Shown here: positions 47,457 through 57,265 of the stretch, one piece after another
Numbering within the stretch: the first letter of the stretch is position 1
Layout of the letters: each line of letters begins with the position of its first letter
Translations under genes and position numbers: made by a program
The notes under the pieces: model-generated
Databases searched by the model: none
Seen by the model: the letters and a program-made list of their open reading frames with translations, nothing else
Told to the model about the DNA's origin: nothing
Assembly: GCA_031379035.1 (NCBI GenBank)
Contig: JANNEU010000083.1
Span: 2,854-66,853 of the forward strand
Source of the DNA: Hyphomicrobiaceae bacterium
GTDB taxonomy: Bacteria > Pseudomonadota > Alphaproteobacteria > Rhizobiales > Hyphomicrobiaceae
Length of the DNA: 64,000 nt
Direction: 5' to 3'

Positions 47457-49253
47457 TCACCCGCCCCACAGGCTTCGGATGCCGGCCCAGGCACCACGGG
47501 CAATCTCAGCGGCGCGACCGCTCATGATCATCGCGAGAAGGCCGACAGCGAGAAGGTTGCCGAAAAGAAGCAAGCCAACGAACCCGCGACGGCTCCGTCG
47601 GCGTGCGACGTCGATCTCGACGGTTTCTTCGCCGAACGGGATTTCTGCGCTGATCCCCTCGCTGCCAACGATGCGGGTGGCACCTGACAAGGTCAGCTTC
47701 AGGCGACCGCTCTGGCTTGGGGACACACGCCAACGCCATGTGGCGTCATCGGCACCCTGATGGGCGCGCGGCGGGCCGATCCATAATGTTTCGGGGCTGG
47801 CCATCTCGACGAAGGCGCGGTCGTCGGCGGCCTTCAAACGCAAGGTCGCGACGCGCAATGGTGGCCAGCGATGCCCGGGGACATAGGGAATTTCGAGCGC
47901 ACGGCGGGGCACGGTGATTTCGATCACGTTGGTTTGACCGCAGCGCATGGCTTTGGGCATGGCATTGACCAGCGCCCGCATATCGACCGTGACAGACGGT
48001 ATCGGTGGTGGCGCGACTTGGCGCGCTGGTTCGCGGAGTTGGCCTATACTTGGTCCTGCACTCGGGCCGTTCAGCGGTGGCGTGGCAGCGACCTTCTGTT
48101 GAAGCGTTGCCGACAGATTTTGCGATAGCGCTGCGGCGGTTGGTAAGGGCGGCGGCGGCATACGAGTTAGGCCTGCAGATACAGCAGACGGCATGGGGAT
48201 GGGGGGAGGGGATGATGGTGTTGCGCCGAGAGCAGGCAGAGGCCGCGGCGGGCTCAAATCATCGGGCGTGCGAGGCCCGGCATCGGCCATGATGGACTTT
48301 GGCGGCATGGGGGGCGGGATCGGCAGAGTAGATTTTGTTACTTCTACTGGATTTGACTGTTTTGCGATCTCTTCAATGGATTCTATGTTGACCTCAAGGC
48401 CGACAGTCGGGGGCTCAGTGCCAGTCGATGGTACAACGGCCTGGAGCGCTGGCTGCGATACCGGCGGCGTTGGTGGAGAAATCTGCGAACCTCGCTGCAC
48501 CGCTGGTTGGGCCAGTTCGGTCGCTGTCTTTTCAGTGTTAGGCGTAGCTAGGTCCGTCGCGGCTGACGCACCTGCTGCGGGCTCGGGACGTCGAGAGACC
48601 ACTGGTGGCGCCGCACCCTGCAGACGAGCGCGCACCGATGCCAGTATTTCGTCGGTCGAGGCATCGTCCCTGCGCGGCGGGGCTGCTGGTGATGCTGTGG
48701 TTGCTGCCAGCTCGGCTGCTGGAGACGCCGGCGGTGTGGGGACAGGTGGTGCCGCTTGTTGTGCCGGTTGCCCCGATGCTGAACCCTTCTGGAGAACACG
48801 AATGACTTCGTTGAAGGTCAAACCGTGAGACCGGAGCATACCAGCTGACGGCGTCGTTCCGTCACCAATCATCGCGGCCAGCACGATCGCGCCGTCGATC
48901 TGACGGCGGGCTGACTGCTGAGCCGCCATGGCGGCGAGTTTCAGCACTTTTAAAAGATCCGCAGTCGGCAACACAGGCTTTCCCGGCGGGGTGTCGTGTT
49001 GCAGCTGGGCCAGATAGGTTGAGATATCGGCGCGCAGGCGTTCTACACTGATTGTGCTGGCCCCCAAGACACCTTGCGCTTCCGGGTCTTCGGTCAACGT
49101 GAAGAGCAAATGCTCCGAGGTCACGCCAGAATGATGTTGGCCGACCGCATACTTATGGGCACGATCCAGGCTTGCATCGAGGTGCGGCGACCGCGCTGCC
49201 ATGGCAACCGTCTCGGCTGGTAGCGCGGCGGTCTGTGTTGCTTGGCGGGCCAT
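47457..49253 (-). CDS. Clp-N (ClpA/B N-terminal repeat) domain protein with Pro/Ala-rich linker and C-terminal TM anchor
   Basis: The N-terminus has SEHLLFTLTEDPEAQGVLGA.. and DGAIVLAAMIGDG.. repeats. About 250 aa are Pro-rich, and the C-terminus has GFVGLLLFGNLLAVGLLAMIM. Confidence 0.6.
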   Translation of the reverse strand: MARQATQTAALPAETVAMAARSPHLDASLDRAHKYAVGQHHSGVTSEHLLFTLTEDPEAQGVLGASTISVERLRADISTYLAQLQHDTPPGKPVLPTADLLKVLKLAAMAAQQSARRQIDGAIVLAAMIGDGTTPSAGMLRSHGLTFNEVIRVLQKGSASGQPAQQAAPPVPTPPASPAAELAATTASPAAPPRRDDASTDEILASVRARLQGAAPPVVSRRPEPAAGASAATDLATPNTEKTATELAQPAVQRGSQISPPTPPVSQPALQAVVPSTGTEPPTVGLEVNIESIEEIAKQSNPVEVTKSTLPIPPPMPPKSIMADAGPRTPDDLSPPRPLPALGATPSSPPPIPMPSAVSAGLTRMPPPPLPTAAALSQNLSATLQQKVAATPPLNGPSAGPSIGQLREPARQVAPPPIPSVTVDMRALVNAMPKAMRCGQTNVIEITVPRRALEIPYVPGHRWPPLRVATLRLKAADDRAFVEMASPETLWIGPPRAHQGADDATWRWRVSPSQSGRLKLTLSGATRIVGSEGISAEIPFGEETVEIDVARRRSRRGFVGLLLFGNLLAVGLLAMIMSGRAAEIARGAWAGIRSLWGG

Positions 49254-49455
49254 GATAATCCTGGAGAATCCTTATCGCGTAACGATTCTGTACCCTAGTC
49301 GCGGCCAACGCGCACGTTCGCATAGCAAGGAAACTGGTGGTATTTCCGACTATGCAATCCGCAGTGTGGGCACGTAGCACGCAATTGCGTAGAAATTTCG
49401 TTGTCCCCCTGCCACTGACGGCTATAAACGGCTCCAATCCTGTTTTGCTGTCGAG

Positions 49456-50433
49456 ATGCCGCCAATGTCTGCAAAAACTTCAGATGACGCCGCCAAGAAG
49501 GCTCAACAGCCGGCGCCGGCTCGGCCGATGCGTGACGAAGCCGATCCCTCGCCGCACTTGCAGGCGCGCATCCTGGCCGAGGCGCTGCCGCATCTGATCC
49601 GCTATGACGAACAGACCGTCGTCATCAAGTTCGGCGGCAATGCCATGGGCGATCAGGCGCTGGCCGACGCGTTCGCGCAGGATATCGTCTATCTGAAGCT
49701 CTCCGGTGTGAACCCGGTGGTGGTGCATGGGGGCGGACCGCAGATCGCCAACATGCTGAAAAAGCTCGAGATCAAGGCGGATTTCGTGCACGGCCTCAGG
49801 GTCACCGACAAGCCGACCGTGGAGGTCGTCGAGATGGTGCTGTCAGGCGCTATCAACAAGCAGATCGTCTCGGCCATCAACCGGCAGGGCGGCAAGGCGG
49901 TGGGCATCTCCGGCAAGGACGCCAACCTGATGATCGCCAAGAAGATCACGGAAATGCCGGACCCCGAGAGCAACATCATGCAGGCGGTCGACATCGGCTA
50001 TGTCGGCGATCCGGTGGAGGTAAACCCCTACATCGTCGAGATCATCTCAAAGTCGGACTTGATCCCGGTGATCGCGCCGGTCAGCGCTACCCGCGACGGA
50101 CAGACACTGAACATAAATGGAGACACGTTCGCTTCCGCGTTGGCTGCGCGGCTGAAGGCTAAACGCCTTCTGTTGCTGACAGACGTGGCGGGGGTGCTGG
50201 ACAAAGACAAGAAACTGATCGCCGATATGACTGTCGATGAGGCCCGCGCAATGATCCGCGACGGGACGATCTCGGGCGGGATGATCCCCAAGATTGAGGG
50301 TTGCATTGAGGTGGTTGAGGCAGGCGTGGAGGCGGTCAGTATTATCGACGGGCGAGTGCCACACTGCGTGTTGCTGGAGCTGTTCACCGAGCACGGGGTT
50401 GGCACGATCGTACGCCGAAAGCGGGGGAAATGA
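49456..50433 (+). CDS. argB: acetylglutamate kinase
   Basis: LAEALPHLIRYDEQTVVIKFGGNAMG...VVVHGGGPQI. The N-terminal extension makes the start uncertain. Confidence 0.92.
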   Translation: MPPMSAKTSDDAAKKAQQPAPARPMRDEADPSPHLQARILAEALPHLIRYDEQTVVIKFGGNAMGDQALADAFAQDIVYLKLSGVNPVVVHGGGPQIANMLKKLEIKADFVHGLRVTDKPTVEVVEMVLSGAINKQIVSAINRQGGKAVGISGKDANLMIAKKITEMPDPESNIMQAVDIGYVGDPVEVNPYIVEIISKSDLIPVIAPVSATRDGQTLNINGDTFASALAARLKAKRLLLLTDVAGVLDKDKKLIADMTVDEARAMIRDGTISGGMIPKIEGCIEVVEAGVEAVSIIDGRVPHCVLLELFTEHGVGTIVRRKRGK

Positions 50434-50627
50434 CCCGAGCGACGGGGGTTAGCGGCAACCGCTACAGACTTTCACCCTATATCGATGTGCATGGCACGGA
50501 TGAATTGACCCGTCCGTTGCTTGAGTGCCATAACAAACTGATATGTCCATTAGTTTTCAGTCGACAGGTGGGCCGTATTGCTTGCCGTCGATGGGGGGCG
50601 TGCGACATCCAGTCGTTTGCGCAATGA

Positions 50628-51515
50628 GTGCGTTGGTGGCCGCCGCACGGTCACGGGAGTTGTAAATTGCCAAAGGCGCTTGAGCATTTGTTGGCGCTGC
50701 GGCGCGCCTGCGGAACAGTTGCTGCGATCAATATCATGACCCGGCGCAGCCTCAATATGTCGGCGCCCGTAACGGCGCAGTTCACGGGCGCTAATGGCCG
50801 CAAGATGGCTGGTATCGAGATCCGTCCTATGGACAGCGACTTGTTCGTTGCCGGGCAAATCTTCGGTCGCCACCACTACGAGCTATCGGCACGGGTTGTG
50901 GCGGCACTTGCGCAACGCGCGCGGGATTGGCGGCGTGCCGGTCATACGCCTGTCATTGTTGATGGCGGTGCCAACACCGGATATGCGTCGCTTTATTTCG
51001 CTGACATCTACCCAGACGCTATTGTTCTTGCCGTCGAGCCAAATCCGGCGACATTTGAAATCTTAGTTCGGCATACCGCTGCCAATCCGAGGATTAAACC
51101 AAAATTCGGGGCGCTTTGGGGCGACCAAGGTGGTGTCGATATTGAGTTTCCGGCGGGTGGCGCTTGGGCGGCACGAACGGTCGCGCCAGAGGCAGAAGGA
51201 CAGAGTTCGATTGGCCAGAAGGCAGCGCGAATCCCTTCGCTAACGCTTGAGGACCTGATTGCCGAGACACCAAACGGGCGGCCACTGATTATCAAGCTTG
51301 ATATCGAGGGTGCTGAGCGGCAGGTGTGTGCGGCCTCAGCGCAAACACTGCGCGATGCGGCTTGCATTATCGTGGAGCCACACGACTGGCTCAACAACGG
51401 GGCTGGCTGCCTGACCCCACTGTTTAAAGCCCTTGCCGGCAAGGAAATGGATACATTCATTCAGGGCGAGAACCTGGTCCTAGTCTGCTCGCCACTCCTC
51501 GAAGCAACAGACTGA
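50628..51515 (+). CDS. FkbM-family methyltransferase
   Basis: VIVDGGANTGYASLYFADIYPDAIVLAVEPNPATFEIL..IKLDIEGAE. The true start is probably internal (for example the ATG at 50736). Confidence 0.7.
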   Translation: MRWWPPHGHGSCKLPKALEHLLALRRACGTVAAINIMTRRSLNMSAPVTAQFTGANGRKMAGIEIRPMDSDLFVAGQIFGRHHYELSARVVAALAQRARDWRRAGHTPVIVDGGANTGYASLYFADIYPDAIVLAVEPNPATFEILVRHTAANPRIKPKFGALWGDQGGVDIEFPAGGAWAARTVAPEAEGQSSIGQKAARIPSLTLEDLIAETPNGRPLIIKLDIEGAERQVCAASAQTLRDAACIIVEPHDWLNNGAGCLTPLFKALAGKEMDTFIQGENLVLVCSPLLEATD

Positions 51516-51542
51516 TATCGGTGCCCGTAGGGGTGCCCGCCC

Positions 51543-52445
51543 TCAGTGTTTGGTCGTGGTAGACGGGGAGACCACCGTGCTGCCTGCCACGGCGCCAGAG
51601 GAGACGCTGCCCTCCATTGCCGCCGCACGGAGTGCGCGTTCGGCTATGTCCTGGGTGTTCAATTGATGCCAGCGGCGCCAGCTCACTGGAATAATGGCCA
51701 GATAGGCAAAAACGACCACCGTCATTGTGGCGTGCGGATAAGTAACCAGGAGGCCGATCACGAGCGCAAGGGCCCCGAAAATGGGTGGCACCCACTCGCG
51801 GCTGATACGCTCTCCCAACAGCTTGCCGGAAAACGTCGGAATGGTGGAGACCAGCAGGAAGGCCATGGCCAACGTGTAGAGCGCGATCACTTTGGGGTAG
51901 GCGCGGACTTCAACCAAGCCCAGCGCATCAATATAGAGCGGCAGCAGCACGACAATGGCACCAGCAGGCGCTGGCACGCCGGTGAAGTAATTGCTCTGCC
52001 ATTTGGGTTTGTCGACATCGAGCATGGAATTGAAGCGGGCCAAACGGAGCCCCATGCAACAGGCAAAGACCAGAACTGCGATCCAGCCGAAGTCGCGCAG
52101 ACCACCGAGGCCCCAAGTGTAGACAACGAGCGCTGGCGCAATGCCGAAATTAACGAAGTCCGCCAGGCTGTCGAGTTCGGCACCGAGGCGGGACTGGGCC
52201 TTCAGCGCGCGGGCAACGCGGCCATCAATACCGTCGATAAGGGCGGCCAAAACGATGAGCAGTAATGCTACATCGTAGCGCTGTTCGATGGCCATGCGAA
52301 TGCCGGTGACCCCGGCGCAGAGGCTCAATAAAGTAAAGAAGTTCGGCACTAGCATCCGGACCGGAATTTTGGTGTTCCGGAACAACCGCCGACGCCGCAA
52401 CCGCCGGCGGGAGCCTTGATCTTCGGGCATGTCCGTGGACGCCAT
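51543..52445 (-). CDS. pssA: CDP-diacylglycerol--serine O-phosphatidyltransferase
   Basis: CDP-alcohol phosphatidyltransferase motif DGIDGRVARALKAQSRLGAELDSLAD. Confidence 0.9.
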   Translation of the reverse strand: MASTDMPEDQGSRRRLRRRRLFRNTKIPVRMLVPNFFTLLSLCAGVTGIRMAIEQRYDVALLLIVLAALIDGIDGRVARALKAQSRLGAELDSLADFVNFGIAPALVVYTWGLGGLRDFGWIAVLVFACCMGLRLARFNSMLDVDKPKWQSNYFTGVPAPAGAIVVLLPLYIDALGLVEVRAYPKVIALYTLAMAFLLVSTIPTFSGKLLGERISREWVPPIFGALALVIGLLVTYPHATMTVVVFAYLAIIPVSWRRWHQLNTQDIAERALRAAAMEGSVSSGAVAGSTVVSPSTTTKH

Positions 52446-52661
52446 GGGGTTGCTCCGGTAGACTTACGGGTGACACGATCCCCCAGCAGTTAGCGGCCGA
52501 TGCCGACGGGGTCAAACACGGCAGTTGAAAACGCTGCTGGCGCGGGTTCACTATGCCGGACGCTACAACGACGCACCCAGTTGCTGTATTCCATACCGGT
52601 CGAGTAGAGTATTCCGAAATCCAGCGATATCCGCGTGCCCTGCGCTCAAAAGAGTTAAGAC

Positions 52662-53075
52662 ATGCTCACTTCAAGACCAGCAGCCATTGCGCATAAGTTG
52701 CGGCAAGCGGGCTTGCGGCCGACACGTCAGCGGTGCTCGTTGGCAACGCTGCTGTTTGGGCAGGGAGACAGGCATGTCTCCGCCGAAGCTCTGCACGAAG
52801 AAGCCGTTGCGTCTGGAGTGCGGATCTCGCTTGCGACAATATACAATACACTGCACCAGTTCCAAGAAGCAGGGTTGTTGCGAGAGTTGGCGATTGACGG
52901 CCAGCGCAGCTATTTCGACACCAACACGTCGAACCATAATCATTTTTATTTCGAAGGCCAAGGCCGGTTGATCGACATCCCGGGCGATACGGTTCGGGTT
53001 GACGGTGTGCCAGAGGCACCGGCAGGCATGCGTATCAGCCATATCGACGTCGTTGTGAGGCTCGTGAAGGCGTAA
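52662..53075 (+). CDS. irr: Fur-family iron response regulator Irr
   Basis: LRQAGLRPTRQRCSLATLLFG...SLATIYNTLHQFQEAGLLREL..YFDTNTSNHNHFYFE closely parallels Bradyrhizobium Irr as I recall it. Confidence 0.8.
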   Translation: MLTSRPAAIAHKLRQAGLRPTRQRCSLATLLFGQGDRHVSAEALHEEAVASGVRISLATIYNTLHQFQEAGLLRELAIDGQRSYFDTNTSNHNHFYFEGQGRLIDIPGDTVRVDGVPEAPAGMRISHIDVVVRLVKA

Positions 53076-53095
53076 CGTCCTGCTTGAGTACAACG

Positions 53096-53650
53096 CTATT
53101 TCACCAACTCGCCCGGCCCGACGCCCCACAGATTTTGTTGATCGACAAATCCGCGCACGCCAGAGGCGGTGATCCGGCACGTGCGACCATCACATGAGAC
53201 GATCCCAACGATGACGCCGGGTTCGAGATAGGCGAGTGCATCTGACGTAGAGCGTGCAGCGGATCGCAAAGCGCGCGTGTTTTCGCCGCCGCCGACCGCT
53301 GGACTCAAGACCAACGCCGTGCGGCGACGCGAGATAGCATCAGCCGCGATCCACCCTGTCGTCCCCTCGGAATCCTGGACGCGTGCCCAAGTGCCCTGCT
53401 GCTCCAAAACCGCAATCGGTAAGCCAGCCCGCTTAAAAACCACGGTTATCGGTTTTTCAAGGCGGGGCTCGCCGCGCACTTCGACGTGATCTGCCATCAA
53501 GCTGGCAAACCCAGGGGTGGTTTGACCCAGCGCTTGGACCGGCAGCCCCAGAGCGGCGACCCCGATGGCGGCTGCTCGGATCAGGGCTAGAATTCGGGGC
53601 TGCGGGCGTCTGGAAGACTGGGACATAGTCTGGTGCCGAGCTCCGTTCAC
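53096..53650 (-). CDS. SH3-like domain (DUF1058-type) secreted protein
   Basis: Signal peptide plus two SH3b-like segments (..WARVQDSEGTTGWIAADAIS.. and ..CRITASGVRGFVDQQNLWGV). Confidence 0.6.
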   Translation of the reverse strand: MNGARHQTMSQSSRRPQPRILALIRAAAIGVAALGLPVQALGQTTPGFASLMADHVEVRGEPRLEKPITVVFKRAGLPIAVLEQQGTWARVQDSEGTTGWIAADAISRRRTALVLSPAVGGGENTRALRSAARSTSDALAYLEPGVIVGIVSCDGRTCRITASGVRGFVDQQNLWGVGPGELVK

Positions 53651-53846
53651 AGTTGAGTAAGCTCACAGCATAGCCTCATCACGATTTCTGTCGGCGCGGC
53701 AAGATGACGGGGCCTTGGGACCTAGCGGACGATCACACATCCGCAGTACGGTTTTGTGTCCGCCAGTGCATCTGTTATCACCCGACCCTTCTCCCGAAGC
53801 GCCCAACTTTACGGCGTGTCCACCCGACGCGAGGCTGCCCCCCGCC

Positions 53847-54848
53847 ATGCCCCAAAGTTCCGCTCAGAAACCGCTGGTCATTGTGACGCGTAAACTGCCG
53901 GACGTGGTCGAAACGCGCATGTGCGAGCTGTTTTCGACCCGCCTCAATATTGACGATACACCACTTGGCACCGCTGGGCTGATCGAGGCCGTCAAAACGG
54001 CCACCGTGTTGGTGCCGACGGTCACTGACCGTATTGATCGGGCGATCCTCGCGCAGGCTGGGCCGCAACTGAAGCTGATCGCAAATTTCGGGACCGGCGT
54101 TGACAACATCGATCTGGATACGGCCCGCAATCGAAATATCGCTGTCACCAATACACCCGGTGTGCTGACCGAAGACACTGCGGATATGACGATGGCGCTG
54201 ATTTTGGCCGTGCCGCGACGGCTGGCGGAAGGCACCGCACTGATGAAAGACCCGAGCACGCCATGGGCTGGGTGGGCGCCGACGGCGATGCTGGGGCATC
54301 GGATTTGGGGCAAACGACTCGGCATCATTGGCATGGGACGGATCGGGCAGGCGGTGGCCCGGCGGGCACGCGCGTTTGGGCTACAAATCCACTATCACAA
54401 TCGGCGACGGCTGGCCGAGGGGCTGGAGCAGGAGCTGGAGGCCACGTATTGGGAGAGCCTGGACCAAATGCTGGTTCGAATGGACATTGTGTCAGTGAAC
54501 TGCCCGCACACCCCGGCGACATTTCATTTGATGTCGGCACGACGACTTAAGCTGCTGAAACCGCATGCTTATTTGGTAAATACCGCGCGCGGTGAAGTGA
54601 TCGATGAAAATGAGTTGGCCCGGCTTATCGAAGCCGGGGCCATCGCGGGTGCCGGGCTCGACGTGTTTGAGCACGAACCGGCGGTCAACCCACGTCTGGT
54701 CGGCTCGCCGCGCGTTGTCGCGCTGCCGCACATGGGATCGGCCACAATCGAGGGCCGCATCGATATGGGCGAGAAGGTGATCATCAATATTAAGACATTC
54801 CTGGACGGGCACGCTCCGCCGGATCGGGTTCATGCTGCGATGTTCTGA
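53847..54848 (+). CDS. D-isomer-specific 2-hydroxyacid dehydrogenase (glyoxylate/hydroxypyruvate reductase-like)
   Basis: GKRLGIIGMGRIGQAVARRA, plus the catalytic region NTARG..D and PHMGSAT. Confidence 0.85.
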   Translation: MPQSSAQKPLVIVTRKLPDVVETRMCELFSTRLNIDDTPLGTAGLIEAVKTATVLVPTVTDRIDRAILAQAGPQLKLIANFGTGVDNIDLDTARNRNIAVTNTPGVLTEDTADMTMALILAVPRRLAEGTALMKDPSTPWAGWAPTAMLGHRIWGKRLGIIGMGRIGQAVARRARAFGLQIHYHNRRRLAEGLEQELEATYWESLDQMLVRMDIVSVNCPHTPATFHLMSARRLKLLKPHAYLVNTARGEVIDENELARLIEAGAIAGAGLDVFEHEPAVNPRLVGSPRVVALPHMGSATIEGRIDMGEKVIINIKTFLDGHAPPDRVHAAMF

Positions 54849-55032
54849 CCTTGTTGCGGCTGGGCCGCGCGCTTCAGGGCGCTTTTAATTCCGCATTTTC
54901 CAGGCTATAAGCCGCCGTGATCGAGGTCTTTGAGCTCGAAACCCCAATTCAAGATCAGCTGCGGCTGGCTCCTGGGTGCGCTGATAACTTTCGGTGCCTT
55001 CAATGAGTTAGGCCTGCGTACAGGAGATTCCG

Positions 55033-55218
55033 ATGGCCGTTCCAAAGAAAAAAGTCTCGCGCATGAAGCGCGGCTTCCGCCGTTCGGCAGATGCTCTTAA
55101 GGCCCCGACCTACACAACTGACAAGAAGTCGGGTGAATTGCGTCGGCCGCATCATATCGACCTCAAGAGCGGCATGTATCGCGGCATGCAGGTGTTGGAA
55201 CCGAAGACTGACGTTTAA
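55033..55218 (+). CDS. rpmF: 50S ribosomal protein L32
   Basis: [23 protein letters not shown], with a GGAGA SD. Confidence 0.95.
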   Translation: MAVPKKKVSRMKRGFRRSADALKAPTYTTDKKSGELRRPHHIDLKSGMYRGMQVLEPKTDV

Positions 55219-55247
55219 GCTTCCTCAGTTCAACAGCACTATGTTTG

Positions 55248-55286
55248 GACCCCGCACGCCTAGCGCTTGCGGGGTCTTTTGCGTTT
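55248..55286 (+). terminator. rho-independent terminator after rpmF
   Basis: gaccccgca cgcctagcgct tgcggggtc then ttttgcgttt. Confidence 0.7.
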
Positions 55287-55519
55287 CCCGAGCGAGACGG
55301 GGCGTGAGGAGGGCAGCTGCGGCAAATGCGATAGTTTATGGGTTATTAGCGAATCCAATCTAACTTACCCGTATTCGGTGTGTCCGGCTCGGCACGCCGG
55401 GCCTTTGCCGCCTTCGGCTTCCCTTAGCAGCCTATGGAAAATTGCTCGTGACGTCCGCGCTGCCCATGAGAGCTTTTGCCGAGGTCTTGCCCCGCCCCAA
55501 CAGTCACAAGGGTGGCACA

Positions 55520-57244
55520 ATGCTGGAAAGTTCCGAGGCACTCGTCGCGGTTGAAAGCGAGGCCTTCGATCTGGTCGGCATATTATCCGGCGTGGATGAA
55601 ACAGCGTACCTCTGGGACATTCAGACCGATCTCATCTCCTGGGAAAGCAACGCCGTTAAGGTGTTGGCGGTGCGCAACGCGCACGCCGTCGAAACCGGGG
55701 CCGAATTCCGATTTCATGTTGCGACAGAACATGTTCGTCACCGTGACGACGCCATCCTGGGCGCAGGTGGCCGTACTAGCGAAGCGAGCCCGACGACAGG
55801 GTTGCCCTATCGCGTTCAATACCGGTTCAGCCCGGACGGACGACGCAGTGACCAGTCGCTTTGGATCGAGGATCGCGGACGGCTTTGGACTGATGTGTCC
55901 GGGCGGCCGCTGCGAGCGCGTGGCATTATCCGGCTTCTCGACAGCGACTATGAAGCAGATCGCAAGCACGCGCACCGAACTGACCATGACGAACTGACCG
56001 GTCAATTGAACCGCGTCCGTTTGACGGAGGCTATTGCGGCGGTGACGGCACGATGTGTCGAGAGCCAGCAGCCAGCCGCTTTCATGATGGTCGCGATCAA
56101 TAATCTGGCTACGATCAATCAGACCTTTGGGTTCGATATCGGTGATGAGGTGATTGCTTCAGCCGCGCGCACGCTGCGCCGCCGGCTCCGGGGCGGCGAT
56201 TCGATTGGTCGCTATTCGTCGAACAAATTTGGTATCGTGCTTTCAGACTGTGGAGCGGGGGCGATGCGCATTGCCGCCGACCGGTTCTTGAAAGCAGTAC
56301 GGAACGCCGCCATCGAAACATCGGCGTGTCAGTTGGCTGCCACGGTGTCGATCGGCGGTGTGCTGATCCCTGAGCAGGCGACCAGCGTGCAGGACGCAAT
56401 CAACCATGCGCTGCAGGCCTTGGACAACGCAAAAACGCGCCGGTTCGATAGCTTCGCACCTTACGAAGCACGACCCGGGCAAGCAACGCAGCGCCAGCGG
56501 AATATCAAGATCGCCGATGAAGTGTCGTCAGCACTCGATCAACACCGCATGCGTCTGATGCTGCAGCCGATCGTCGATAGCCACACGCTTGAGCCACGTC
56601 ACCACGAGTGTCTCTTGCGGATGGAGCAAACGGACGGAACGCTTATTTCTGCGGGTGAATTCATACCCGTCGCTGAACAACTCGGCATGTCACACCTTAT
56701 CGACCGGCGCACGCTCGAGTTAGCCATCGATCTGTTGAAGCGCTATCCGGATCTGCGGCTGGCACTCAATGTGTCGGGGCTGACGCCGGGCAATCAGGAA
56801 TGGCTGGCTGCGCTTCATCAGCTCTCAGCGGGACGACGTTCGCTGACAGAGCGTTTGCTGGTGGAGATCACAGAAACGGCTGTTATCTCGGAGATTGATC
56901 AGACAATTTTGTTTGTCGATACCGTCAAAGAGCTTGGCTGCAAAGTCGCAATCGACGATTTCGGTGCCGGCTACACCTCGTTTAAGAGCCTCAAGCTGCT
57001 CGATATCGATATGGTCAAGATTGACGGTGCGTTCATCCGCAATCTTGCGCAGGATCCGCAGGATCTTGTTTTTATCAAAGCGCTGCGCGATCTCGCCAAA
57101 AGCCTTGGCATGGAGACCGTCGCTGAATGGGTTCAAGATCAGCCCACGGTCGATATCCTGCGCGAGGCTGGTATTGATATGCTGCAAGGCTATTTCTGCG
57201 GTGAGCCGATTACGCCGGAGCAGCTCGCGTTGTCTTCGAAATAG
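55520..57244 (+). CDS. PAS-like / degenerate GGDEF / EAL signalling protein
   Basis: The GGDEF position reads SSNKF (RGGDSIGRYSSNKFGIVL) and the RxxD I-site is retained. The EAL domain has ECLLR, DDFGAGYTSF and QGYFCGEP. Confidence 0.85.
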   Translation: MLESSEALVAVESEAFDLVGILSGVDETAYLWDIQTDLISWESNAVKVLAVRNAHAVETGAEFRFHVATEHVRHRDDAILGAGGRTSEASPTTGLPYRVQYRFSPDGRRSDQSLWIEDRGRLWTDVSGRPLRARGIIRLLDSDYEADRKHAHRTDHDELTGQLNRVRLTEAIAAVTARCVESQQPAAFMMVAINNLATINQTFGFDIGDEVIASAARTLRRRLRGGDSIGRYSSNKFGIVLSDCGAGAMRIAADRFLKAVRNAAIETSACQLAATVSIGGVLIPEQATSVQDAINHALQALDNAKTRRFDSFAPYEARPGQATQRQRNIKIADEVSSALDQHRMRLMLQPIVDSHTLEPRHHECLLRMEQTDGTLISAGEFIPVAEQLGMSHLIDRRTLELAIDLLKRYPDLRLALNVSGLTPGNQEWLAALHQLSAGRRSLTERLLVEITETAVISEIDQTILFVDTVKELGCKVAIDDFGAGYTSFKSLKLLDIDMVKIDGAFIRNLAQDPQDLVFIKALRDLAKSLGMETVAEWVQDQPTVDILREAGIDMLQGYFCGEPITPEQLALSSK

Positions 57245-57265
57245 AGACGCAAGCCGCCCGGGCTG

